Shown here in pieces: positions 28,501 through 39,300 of a DNA stretch of 64,000 bases. The stretch is from positions 106,330,001 through 106,394,000 of the forward strand of contig OZ320314.1 in NCBI GenBank assembly GCA_976226885.1, written 5' to 3'. This DNA is from Iphione sp. A-MEVVRFRX5 (taxonomy: Eukaryota). The stretch's first letter is position 1. Every line of letters begins with the position of its first letter. A program made the position numbers and the translations under genes. The notes under the pieces were generated by a model. The model saw nothing but the letters and a program-made list of their open reading frames with translations, had not been told where the DNA came from and did no database searches.

Positions 28501-28845
28501 ACTTTGCAAAGAATGCTGTAGTTACCAGCATTCATTCAATGAGGAAATTGTAGCATGTGTTCTTCGATGTATTTGTGAATGACGAGCCTCTCATATTGCA
28601 TCCCTAGATAAAATCAAGACTATGGCATAAGAAGGTCGGTGAAACTACACCGATGTAACAACAGACAAGAATCAGAGTTGAACATGAAATGACATTATTT
28701 TGACAACAAGGAAGCTAGGAGGCGTTTATGGCATTACTCGTTCTCATTTGCCTCCCGGCATGAACATGCCTAGTAAACTAAGTGAATATTTACAAACATT
28801 TAGGCTAGTTTACTAGAGCCCATACCGTTTTTACTCTGCCACCCC

Positions 28846-28925
28846 CCCCCCCCCCAACAAAAAATAGGTGTGTTTCTGGTTACGACCAGCCCAAAACCTA
28901 GGTAGGGAGTGGGGATGGTTTTTTA
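28846..28925 (+). repeat. Isolated terminal arm of the TIR (MITE-like) family
   Basis: C-run followed by aaaataggtgtgtttctggttac...aaaacctaggtaggg. Matches the reverse complement of 48500-48545 and of 63730-63785. Confidence 0.6.
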
Positions 28926-29566
28926 AAACATTTTTTTACTTCCTTCTTCTGGTTTTTACATAACAGCTTCACTAAATAACCTTTGCTTAGGGGAAAATAT
29001 GCATTGAAATAGCTCCAAAAGACATCTAAAAGGTGTGGATATGATAAATATAAGCAATCCAAGTCATAGTTTTACCCAGAAGAATCTATTTCTAGTATCA
29101 TTCAATGTTAAATTTCTGAGTCGGGAAGACATCTTGAGTCCTACTTCAAATATTTTACAATGAAGGTATTTATCCAATATAGATTATTTTCCATGAAAAA
29201 GAGCAAATATTGTTTTGGTCTCTTCAGACACATGCATGGCTTTGGTAATGACGGGCTATGATACGTACGGCCAGCCATATTAGATCAGCAGATCCTGTTC
29301 CACCAAAATCAGCAGCCAACTTCGGCCTAAGCCCCCCGCCCCTCTCTCTCTGGATTACACACAGGTCTGCACTATGGGTCCTATGGACCAAAATGGTTTG
29401 AATTGTAACCACCTTATGTTAAGATGGTTCATTTCTTCAAAAGTGTAATTTTGAATACTGTTTGTTCGGTATGTAATTAAATATGTTCGGACTTCATACA
29501 ACAAAATGTATAAATGTTCAACCCGATTAATAGATAGGTAAAGGTTACAGACAATGGCCAAAGAGA

Positions 29567-29625
29567 TTAATCACGTGGTCAGTGACGTCATACCAAGGGA
29601 AGAGCCGTGCGCGCTTCTAGTCATT
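29567..29625 (+). repeat. DIRS left inverted terminal repeat
   Basis: 29581-29625 is the reverse complement of 36071-36115 (1 mismatch in 45 bp). 29567-29602 is the exact reverse complement of 35868-35903. Confidence 0.9.
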
Positions 29626-30860
29626 CTGTGCTTATCATTTGGAGTGGACAGACGTGTGTCTGTTTGCTCCAGATGTTCTAGTCTGTTCTCTCCTTTTCTG
29701 ACAAGTGTCATTAAAGGGGGAACGTTATGAGTATGTAAAGGTCACAGGAGGCTCCCCTTCTGGCCAAATGTAGCCCTGACATATTCAACAAGTTTCTGTG
29801 AGGCACTTTTCTTGCCAGATAACATCTCACAACCTTCCACACACCCTGTTCTTCATGGGGAGTGTGGGCCTGAATGAGGTTACACATTGGTAATGTCACT
29901 TGCCTTGCTCAGAAAGTCTCCTTGAGGTATCCTGGAACAAAAACGGGAATAATTCCTCGGAGCCGGGTCGGGCCTCGGCCCGCACCCGAGTTCTGCACCG
30001 ATCAGGGTTCTGCGGGCAACTTCTGCCCGAAAATCCAAAATGGCCGCAGAGCGCCGAAACTCGGCAGGACCGAGGCGGGCCAGACCCGCAAGGTTCTCCC
30101 GAAAAATGGGGAAGATCCGACGAACTCGGGTTCTCGGATTTTTTCCGGGCTGTACGGAGCCGAAACTCGGTAAGCATGTTGCGGGTCTGACCCGCAGTGC
30201 TCCGGGAGCACTCCGGGAGCATTCCGGATAAGTTCGGAATGAAAATCCAAAATGGCCGCAGGCTGCCAAAACTTCGGGAAAAGTACACACAACGTACATG
30301 CTATGTTCCCACAAAGGCGCAGCGTCGTACTGACGCGCAGGCGGGTACAAAGTCCACCTCTACTACGGGGTCCCCCACGACGCCCGTGGCCTGTGACGTC
30401 ACGAGAGCGCGGATGTTGGTGGAAGTGCCCAAAAATGTTTGTACTGTCCCCCCGGAGGCGTAGCCGAAAGCGCGGCGTGGACCCGCGAGTAGACTCCCTC
30501 CGGGACCACGGCCACTTTGTTATGGTCCCCTGGCCATAAGTTCGGCCAGAATGCTTCGATTGCTCTAAAAATTGATGTGCATACCCGCCCCACTCGGGGC
30601 TACGTACATTCCAAAAATGGAGTTGATGCGACAATTCGCGGCGAAGTTATGCTCGAAACAGTGGTTACGCTTTCGCCGGGGTCGAGTGCGGGAGACACCA
30701 TGTCGGGAGACCTCGGGTCTCAGAGACCTTAGTTCTCAAAAACTTGCGCATGGGTCTCAGGAACGCGCATACGAAATTTCGTGCGCATAGGACCAACAGT
30801 TCAAAAGTTATCGCGAAAACACTGCCCCTACCTATGTTTTTGGCACTGATGGCAAAGGGG

Positions 30861-30925
30861 GGGGACAGTCCAAATGGGCCAAGGGGACAGTCCAAACGGG
30901 ACCAGGGGGACAGTCCAAACGGGAC
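30861..30925 (+). repeat. Three tandem copies of a ~22-bp unit GGGGACAGTCCAAAYGGG in the DIRS leader
   Basis: Units start at 30861, 30883 and 30906. A second unit CCGGACCTGGRTGTAAGCA follows twice (30957, 30978; period 21). Confidence 0.9.
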
Positions 30926-31106
30926 TCCCCCTCCCTTACCAGTTGTTGTCTCAAGTCCGGACCTGGATGTAAGCAGCCCGGACCTGGGTGTAAGCACCCT
31001 GGAGGGGTTCATAAGGAGCCCCCTGGACAGGGTTCTGGCATCAGCTGATCACCTGCTGACCAGCTAGGAAGACCAAGAGCTACTCTCAGTCAACCACTCG
31101 AGGAAG

Positions 31107-32825
31107 ATGACAGACCAAGCTGCAGAGATTGAGGTGGTAAAGTTCAGCTCAGGTCCGGACACGGATTCTGAAATAACTTTCCCCTCTCTCCAGTGTGGGC
31201 AAGTTCCACCCCCTGGGGGGGATCTTGACGACACCCAACCCGATCCAGCCCTGGATCTTGGGAAGGGGTCGGCAGCCGGGCCGGTTCTGGCCTTGGGAGG
31301 TTCCGGTTCCGGAACCCCCAGGAATCCAGCTGCACCCAAACACCCATCTAGGAGTTCAGCCTCAAAGAACTCGGCCTCCAAGGACCCCAAGCCGGGGACC
31401 TCCAAGTCGGGAGGACCGAGACCTGGAGGCAAGAGCGGAAGCACCCCCAAGCCGGGGGGCACTCCCAAGCCGGGAGGAACCTCCAACCATGGAGGGAACT
31501 CCAAGGGAGTGGAGACCCCCAAGACCGGGGGATCCAAGTTGGAGGTGGCGTCCAAGGCCATCCCGGAACCCCGGGGCAGGCCGGCGAAGAAACGGAAGAG
31601 ACGGGTCCGTTCTCGATCGGGGTCCTCTTCGGACTCATCGAGATCGCGATCCGACTCGAGAGGCAGACACGACTCGAGGGGACACTCTCGTCGGTCAAGC
31701 TTGGGGAGTTGGGGAAGTCTCTTCTCCAACGACCAAATGCTCATGGCCATGAGGTGCATGGCCGAAACCTGCGCTGACCGCATGGGGCTCCACGGACGGA
31801 GCGAGACTCCGCCAGACAGACGCCACAAGCGGAGGAGGTACTACGTGTCCTCCTTGGATTCCTCCAGCGAGGCGGAGGACGAGTGGACCCTGACGGATGG
31901 GGCCTCAGTCATCCCGGACACTCCCTTGGACGACCCAAGGGACGACCCGATGGACATCGACAACGCGGGCCCTTCGATGCCGGACGTCGTCCAACCGGAC
32001 CCGGCGACCCCGGTCCCTGCCCCGCCGGTGACCGCCCAGGGCGGGCTAGATGAGTTCCAGGTGGAGAGACCGGCGTCAGAGGACCGCACCACGAAGGCGG
32101 CGTCACCGGCAGTAGAGCGACTCATGTCGACCTACTGGAACTACCCTCTGACGCGGTCCAAAGCCAAGGAACTTACAGATACCTTGGAGCGGCCGGAGAA
32201 CCTGACGGTCCTAAAGTGGACCAAGCTGAACCCGGAGCTGGTGCTCCGGGAAGGAGATGTGAGCCGGGACCGACAGACGGCCGAGATCATGCATCTAAAC
32301 CAGTTCGCCGCCCTGCCGCTGATCGAGATCACTAGCGCTTACGACGCCGGCACGCCCTTGGACCCGAAGGAGGTCATGACGAGGGTGACGACGTCGCTGC
32401 GCCTGATGGGGAGAGGATCGCTCCTCTCCAACCACCAGAGGCGCGACATAATCCGCTTCAGGCTGCCGCCAGCGTACAGACGACTCTGTCAGACGGGACC
32501 GCAGGACGATTGGGAGCTTCTCCTAGGGAAGAATATCCCTGACCGTGTGAGGGAGTGCTCCGAGGCAAAGAAGCTGGAGCAGACCCTCACAGTCCGGCGG
32601 CCACCGAGACCAGCATCGGCACCCCCCAGGCAGTCAGGGCAGCAGCAGCAGTCCAACAGGCCGGGGTACAGCAGCAGTCAGAACAGCCGCAGCAGCCACA
32701 GCAGCAACAGCAGCAGGGACAACAGACCGCGGCCAAAAAACGGGCAGCGCCGGCAGGCCAAGAGGCCTGCCAACAGCCACAACAACAAGAGCAGCCAGCG
32801 CCACCAGAAGCAGAGGAGGAAGTAG
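31107..32825 (+). CDS. DIRS ORF1 gag-like protein, 572 aa
   Basis: Open ATG-started ORF upstream of pol. The central block (RPENLTVLKWTKLNPEL...QRRDIIRFRLPPAYRRLC...LLGKNIPDRV) resembles DIRS gag cores. It is flanked by PKPGG, RS-rich and Q/S/N-rich low-complexity tails. Confidence 0.85.
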   Translation: MTDQAAEIEVVKFSSGPDTDSEITFPSLQCGQVPPPGGDLDDTQPDPALDLGKGSAAGPVLALGGSGSGTPRNPAAPKHPSRSSASKNSASKDPKPGTSKSGGPRPGGKSGSTPKPGGTPKPGGTSNHGGNSKGVETPKTGGSKLEVASKAIPEPRGRPAKKRKRRVRSRSGSSSDSSRSRSDSRGRHDSRGHSRRSSLGSWGSLFSNDQMLMAMRCMAETCADRMGLHGRSETPPDRRHKRRRYYVSSLDSSSEAEDEWTLTDGASVIPDTPLDDPRDDPMDIDNAGPSMPDVVQPDPATPVPAPPVTAQGGLDEFQVERPASEDRTTKAASPAVERLMSTYWNYPLTRSKAKELTDTLERPENLTVLKWTKLNPELVLREGDVSRDRQTAEIMHLNQFAALPLIEITSAYDAGTPLDPKEVMTRVTTSLRLMGRGSLLSNHQRRDIIRFRLPPAYRRLCQTGPQDDWELLLGKNIPDRVRECSEAKKLEQTLTVRRPPRPASAPPRQSGQQQQSNRPGYSSSQNSRSSHSSNSSRDNRPRPKNGQRRQAKRPANSHNNKSSQRHQKQRRK

Positions 32826-32919
32826 AGGTGGGTGCTCCCTCGTCTTCTCCTTCTCCTCTTGTGCATGCTACCGAATTGTGTACGTCCCCCCCCCTGGACA
32901 TTGAGATTGTTCCAGGACC

Positions 32920-34648
32920 ATTCAGAGCAGGCAGGCTGGCAGACAGAGGTGACAATGGGACGCCCTGACGACCAGGACTTACATCAGGAGCTTAGCCAGG
33001 GGAGTGACCCTGGAACTCACGGGACTGCCATCCCAGGACCGCGCCCCTTCCATTCCGGAGTCCCACAAGGACTTCGAGATTTTCCGCAGGCTGGTAGACG
33101 GCCTGCTGGAGGAAGGGGTGGTGGAGGAGGCCTCGCCGTCGGCACGAGAGTTCGTGTCGACGATCTTTTTGAGGCCCAAGAAAGACGGATCACACCGGAT
33201 TATCCTGAACTTGAAAAAGTTCAACCAGTGGGTCCCCCACCAGCACTTTAAGATTGAGAGCCTTTCATCCTTCTTACCTCTGGTGGGGAGAGATTTCTAC
33301 TTCACCTCAGTAGACATCGTACACGCCTACTTCTCGGTTCCGGTGAGGGACCGAGACAGAGATTTCCTCCAGTTCATACTGGGGGAACGTAGGTATCGAT
33401 TCACGTGCCTCCCGAACGGACTGGCATCCGCACCGCGGATGTTCACCCAGATGATGCGGGCAGTGCTGGGAGACGTGCGGCAACGCACAGACGCGATAGT
33501 GTCGGCTTACCTGGACGACATTATCCTCTGCCACAGTGATGCAGCAGTAGTTGCCCAGGACACGCGTGTACAGGTGGAGACCCTCCAGGAGTTGGGTTTT
33601 CTGGTCCACCCAGAGAAATCCGTACTGCGACCTGTGAAACGCATCGAGCATCTGGGATTCGTGATTGACTCGGAGTCACTCACGGTCCGGCTACCGGGAG
33701 CCAAGGTGGAGGAGATAAAGAATGTTTGCAGGGATTTCCTGTCCAAGGACTCCCTCTCGGTCTGGCAGCTAGCTGCCTTGGCCGGCAAACTGCAGGCAAC
33801 GGCGAACGCCATACCGCAAATAAAGGATCCACCAGTGCAGGTGGAGATGTACACGGACGCCTCCAAAACGGGGTGGGGTGTATATGTGGAGACGACAGAC
33901 CGGTCATACGGAGAGGCCTGGACCACGAAGATGGCGCGAAGGCACATAAACGAGTTGGAGCTATGGGCTGTGAAGGCAGCACTCAAGCGCGAGGAACACC
34001 TGTGCTCAGGGAAGCACGTGCGCGTGCACACGGATAACTCAACGACCCTGCTTACAATTCAGAACAAAGGGTCAGCCAGGTCCCCGCCATGCAATGACCT
34101 AGCCAGGGAGATCCTGGTGTTTTGTGAGAAGCGCGACATCACGCTCACTATGGCCTTTTGCCCGGGGGTCGACAACGTTGAGGCAGACGAAGCAAGCCGT
34201 CGATTCAAAGACTGCGGGGAGTGGGCTTTGAACCCAGACGTGTTCACCACCCTCCTCGAACAAGAAGGGGGGGGCGCGCATGTACATTGACATTGATCTG
34301 TTTGCATCCAGCCTCAACCATAAATGCGATAGATATGTCTCCTGGACCTATGATCAAAATGCCTTTGCAACCGATGCCTTTACCCTTGACTGGTCAGGGC
34401 TTAATGCACTTATTTTCCCTCCCTTTGTCGTTATTCCCAGGGTGCTGCAGAAGATCCGCCGAGAGAGGCCGTGGGGGCTGCTGGTCATACCGTACTGGAA
34501 GACCCAGCCCTGGTTCAACGCAGCCAGGACGCTCCCTCGCCGAGCAGAGAGGAGAATCCCGGTGGACCGGGACACGCTGATACGGGGAGCGCAGGAGCAA
34601 CACGGAGGCGCAGGGAACGGAATGTCCCTGTGGATATTGACCCTCTGA
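32920..34648 (+). pseudogene. DIRS pol (RT, RNase H, DNA N6-adenine methyltransferase-like domain), disrupted
   Basis: FRAGRLA (frame of ORF 32555) shifts at about 32950 to QWDALTT..RGVTLEL. RT motifs RPKKDGSHRIILNLK, FTCLPNGLASAP and YLDD are present, as are RNase H motifs YTDAS, INELEL, HTDNST and NVEADEASR. A frameshift at the G8 run 34267-34274 separates the MTase-like segment (DIDLFAS, DAFTLDW, FPPF, LVIPYWKTQPWF). Confidence 0.92.
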
Positions 34649-35595
34649 CGGACAAGCTCCGGGGCGTCGGCATACCGGACGCGATAGCGACCCGCATGGC
34701 GGAGGGCTGGTCGACCTCGTCCAAAAAGAACTACCTCTCTTTGCTGACGAGGTTCGAGGCCCACTGCGTGGAGCACCAAGTTGACTCGAGGGCACCCACC
34801 CTGGTGCAGGCGCTCGAGTTCCTCAAGGGACTGGCCCGGGAGGGCCTGTCCTACTCGTACATCAACTCGGGCAGGTGCTTGCTCTCCAGCTTCGTGATAC
34901 TGGAGGGCAACCTGACATTCGGCAACCACCCCCACGTGACCAGGTTTATGAAGGGGGTACGCAGGGCCAGGCCCTTCGTAGCAAAGTTCAAGGAGGTCTG
35001 GGACGTCGGCCCAGTCCTCAGAGAACTGGCCAAGTGGGGTGAGGCTCACACCCTCAACCTGGAGCTGCTGACGAAGAAGACCATCACGCTTTGCCTTCTG
35101 GCCTCTGGCCAGAGGGTACAGACGCTGCAGGTGACCAGACAAGCGGACGTACGCTTCGAACACGACGCCTGCTACATCCGAGTCTCGGGTAGACTCAAGC
35201 ACTCCAGGGACACGTTTGAGAATCCCACGCTGATTTTCAAACCGTTTGAGGACAGGTCACTGTGCGTGTATGAACACCTGGCAACCTACATCGCGGCGAC
35301 TGACGCCTTCACGCACAAAGGGGCCTTGTTCATAGGCTACTCTCACAAGACCACCCTGGCCAAGTACACGAAAGACACTCTCAAGGCGTGCGGCTTGGAT
35401 ACAGACAAGTTCACCGCCCACAGCACGAGATCTGCATCCACGAGCAAAGGGTTGCAGATGGGACTGCCCCTGGACACGGTCCTGAAAGCTGGTGGGTGGT
35501 CGGGCGAGTTGACCTTTACCCGGTTCTACCGAAGGCCGATTAGCCAGGAACAAGTCTTCAGCCGCACGATCCTTGAGAGCGCGCAAACCACATGA
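34471..35595 (+). CDS. DIRS tyrosine recombinase, 374 aa
   Basis: Catalytic set visible: ASGQR (R), RLKHS (K), AHSTRS (H-x-x-R), GGWS (W), RFYRR (Y). An N-terminal SAM-like phage-integrase region is present. The ORF overlaps the MTase frame, as usual in DIRS. Confidence 0.93.
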   Translation: MGAAGHTVLEDPALVQRSQDAPSPSREENPGGPGHADTGSAGATRRRRERNVPVDIDPLTDKLRGVGIPDAIATRMAEGWSTSSKKNYLSLLTRFEAHCVEHQVDSRAPTLVQALEFLKGLAREGLSYSYINSGRCLLSSFVILEGNLTFGNHPHVTRFMKGVRRARPFVAKFKEVWDVGPVLRELAKWGEAHTLNLELLTKKTITLCLLASGQRVQTLQVTRQADVRFEHDACYIRVSGRLKHSRDTFENPTLIFKPFEDRSLCVYEHLATYIAATDAFTHKGALFIGYSHKTTLAKYTKDTLKACGLDTDKFTAHSTRSASTSKGLQMGLPLDTVLKAGGWSGELTFTRFYRRPISQEQVFSRTILESAQTT

Positions 35596-35752
35596 ACTGT
35601 AAATAGTCTAGCGGACCTAGTCTGAGTAGCCAGGTGGCGGTATTGCTATGATAACGTGTTTCATCCACTGACATTGACATGTGTTTTTCAGAAATAAAGG
35701 CCTACGGCCAAATCTTTCTCAATTTGGGCCTTGAGTGCCTTTATTGGGGTAG

Positions 35753-36319
35753 AGGGACTTTGCTCCCGATGACCCCATCGCCTTCGGGCATCACCTTGGG
35801 CCTTGCGGCACTCCTCGGAGAGCTGAGCAAGAGTCCAGGTGCCGGGATACTAGCGCGGTAGACAAAACTTCCCTTGGTATGACGTCACTGACCACGTGAT
35901 TAATACTCTAATTAAACGAGTTTACGACGTTTGATTAGGATTAATCTAGTGGGAATAGTCACGTCATACTAAGGGCCCGCCCTGGGTAACCTCGAATCCA
36001 CATTCGCGTAGGACTCGGTTCCCTTCCTCACCCAGTTTTAGCCAGTATCCCGGCACCAAATATGGCAAATAATGACTAGAAGCGCGCACGGCTCTTCCCT
36101 TAGTATGACGTCACTATTCCCACTAGATTAATCCTAATCAAACGTCGTAAACTCGTTTAATTAGAGTATTAATCACGTGGTCAGTGACGTCATACCAAGG
36201 GAAGTTTTGTCTACCGCGCTAGTATCCCGGCACCTGGACTCTTGCTCAGCTCTCCGAGGAGTGCCGCAAGGCCCAAGGTGATGCCCGAAGGCGATGGGGT
36301 CATCGGGAGCAAAGTCCCT
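35753..36319. repeat. 223-bp near-perfect inverted repeat (35753-35975 / 36097-36319) with a 121-bp spacer; contains the ICR and part of the right ITR
   Basis: Base-by-base comparison shows one mismatch (35960). The terminal 11-mer TAATTAGAGTA occurs at both 36158-36168 and 36320-36330. Confidence 0.93.
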
Positions 36320-39300
36320 TAATTAGAGTAATAATGAGAAACTTTGAAGGAAAGATAATAGGCTAGAAAGGAAAGAGGGCTAGTATTCAAGCTGATACTT
36401 ATATCAATGGGCTTAATGACCCAAGGTACCACAACCTGGCCCAATGGTAGGACAGAAGATCCATGTTAAATGATGGCATTGGAAGGACAGCTTTCGATAT
36501 AGGGCATTTTGTATATTGGTTAAATACACGCACTTCGTTCAGATCGTACTAATAAATGTTCCGTACACTATTTTCGGAATCATCTTTCTACTGCAATGCC
36601 GAAAGTAACTACACAACTGTTTGAAATGTTTCGATGACCACAACAAACATCATGTTGTGTGTACACTCCTCAATTAAACGCACCGATACAACTGGAAATA
36701 AAAAGGGACATATCAAAGTTTAATACAATGAGTACAGAAGAGATGACCTTGTATAAAGATTTTCTTCACGTTCATCTTTCCTTTTTGTACAATGAGGCAT
36801 CGCTACAAATACTGTAGCTGCAATAGTGATATGGTCATTTATATTCTGAAATAAGCTGTAGTAGTGGCGTGATTGCTCATTAACTAAAGGTTATGCGAGA
36901 TGTGCTCGGAAATCCAAGAACGTTTCCTGTCATGCTTGATTTTTCTGCCATGTTTCTTGAAACAAAAATCATTCTGTCAATCGTTGCTCTGGCGTGAAAC
37001 CAGCGGATATTAATCAAGGTTTGCCTGGAATGACGTGTGAGGTACCAAAGGCATCAAATCATAATGATCCAACCCCTTTGGCACTAATTACGGCTCAGCT
37101 CAGCTTTATTTATTGGGCAAACAGGATCATAAGTAATATTTCAGTTTGAGTATCAACATGTATTGGTTTCTTTGAACTACATTAATATTACCTACCTTTC
37201 CTGAAGATACATAAAGTATAGAAACCCGCTTTTAAAAACATCCATGTATAAAAACGAATTGTTGTCGAATTTTCTTCAATATTTATGTTAATGCAATTTC
37301 AAACATCGGCTAATGGCGAGTGCATGGAAGAACCTGATCAGAGGACTCTCTGATTGGTTGCTGAAAATAGAGATAATCATAGCCCTGTATATCTCACCTT
37401 CACTAAGTTTATGCAGAACATGGTACGTGTCATGCACCTCCCAGAAACATTTTCCTCTTTACATTTAGAGCAGCGTGATGAGCAGATATGATACCTCACC
37501 ATGTTGTGTTTGTATGAACTCTCCGAAGTCAATGTAATAATGTAGGATTGATTATAAAGTGGGCATTCAATACCATACCTGCATCCGCGGTCCCCTTTCC
37601 ACCCACGTCCTCTTTGCCTGGTATGAAACATATTCGTGTACGGGCATTCAGCATGGATATATACAGAAATATGCAAAGCCTGATAGATCAGCACCATTCC
37701 GAACCTTTGAGAGTGATGCGAAGTCAAAGGGGTTTAGCATAACTTGCGAATCTCCTCAAAGCAGCTGGAAGCAAGAATAATTTGTCCTCGTCTGGTCCTA
37801 GAAGGAATGTTTTCGCTAACGGCCCGGCTATATTGACTCCAATTTTTCACGTAACACCCTTATAAGTCTGGAAATAATGAAAATGAACGGTACCACTTTA
37901 TCACCAGACAGATGTCAAGGGCATTTTTGCCTTCAAAGACATCCCTGCCTGAACGATAGAGGTTAAGGCACCTTTGATCATGCTTACAATTGAGTCAGGT
38001 GAGTGACATTATGGAGCAGGATGGCCTTCTATGGGCCCTGGGTCCAATCGATCACTAGGGTCAATTATCCCGCCCGTCAGTGTTGAATGTCAAAGTACCC
38101 CCCTCTTAGCCAGTCGGAAACCAACACAACCAGTGGCGAATATACATCAGGACTGCCGTCTGTCAGTCTTGCCTAACCTCTTCCCCCCCTTGACCATTTA
38201 TAGGGAAACTTCCGCCAGTTCCGTCCCGGCCCAAAAGGTTGCAAATGCCGATGTGACATTTATTTGAGTCTTTCGCTCGCAGGTTTTGGCAAAAGCAAAA
38301 CGCCTCCTATACTAGAGAGAGAGATTCATACGCACCAATCCATAATCCCATTCCAAACCTATGGTCTACGTTTTCCGGCGGGAAGGTCAATATCATAAAA
38401 CGTTTTCATTTCATGCAACAAGAGCGTACTCACGCGAAAAAGTCGCGTTTTCAATAAATTATCGCACTCGTAGAAGCACACTTTATCGGTTTTATCGTGA
38501 GAACATTGACAGTTATTTTTACTTGTGGTCGAAGAACCCCTCTTTGTACTGTTCTCGAAGCTTTCTCATTTGCCACTGGAATCGATGAGAGGACTATAAA
38601 AGGTTCTACGAGCTTGATTGATAACTAGCCCCTTTGAAGCACTGCGAAACGAAGTTCTATTCCTTACCCGTGGGCTATCGTACTACTGCAATCCCGATAG
38701 TTGGGTGGCAAAAGGGAAACTATTGGATTTGCAAACCAGTTCCTGGGCCAAATCACCAAGCAGGACAGCTTCAGCCAGGCCCAGGCTTTTCTCACTTGTG
38801 CCCGGTGCTATAGACATATTGACTTGTTCTTCGATGTGCACTTTCACTCCGTTCCCACGTGTTCGGTATGAGTAATATTGCTGTTTTGATCATATCTTAA
38901 AGATCGCCAATTTCGTATATTTCAAGCTTAATTAGACAGGGCTATTTTAGTGTTGAAATTTTAATTTTGAAAGAATAAAGCAGGGAACAGACGGTAAGAG
39001 AATACAATTAATAATGTGGAGTTATCTGAATAAGACAGCGTTTCTAAATTGTACAAACTTTTTGTATGGATAACAGCCATACCCTCTTTTTAAATATTAT
39101 CTAAAGCGGATTTCCACGCCCGTCCTGTCTCACCTCGATCAATGTCGAACTCAATGGCTCCCTAAAGAGGGAGTTTTATTTGAGACGTTTTTTTTCGGGA
39201 TATTGGATGGTATCTTAATGTAGTGAATGAAGTATGTTTTAGTGCTATTCAGTCAAGGAAACATATTCTTCATGCTTCCTACTGTCATTATTGGCAACAA

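Larger units (their letters stand above)
29567..36330 (+). mobile_element. DIRS1-like tyrosine-recombinase retrotransposon, defective pol, fold-back-extended right end
   Basis: Gene order gag, RT/RNaseH/MTase, YR. Left terminus 29567-29625 is inverted against 36071-36115. The ICR at 35868-35975 is complementary to both termini. No TSD. Confidence 0.95.

Noticed and set aside
30861-31000. CRISPR-like array
   Set aside because: Repeats are directly tandem with no unique spacers, the context is eukaryotic and there are no cas genes.
29874-35586. Many overlapping or antisense ORFs in the DIRS (e.g. 30002-30634, 31064-31828, 34354-35202)
   Set aside because: Shadow ORFs expected from GC-rich, codon-biased sequence; no recognisable motifs.
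36169-36319. Start of a second tandem DIRS copy
   Set aside because: It matches the left terminus for only 36 nt, then follows the reverse complement of 35753-35867 instead of the left-ITR continuation AGCCGTGC.
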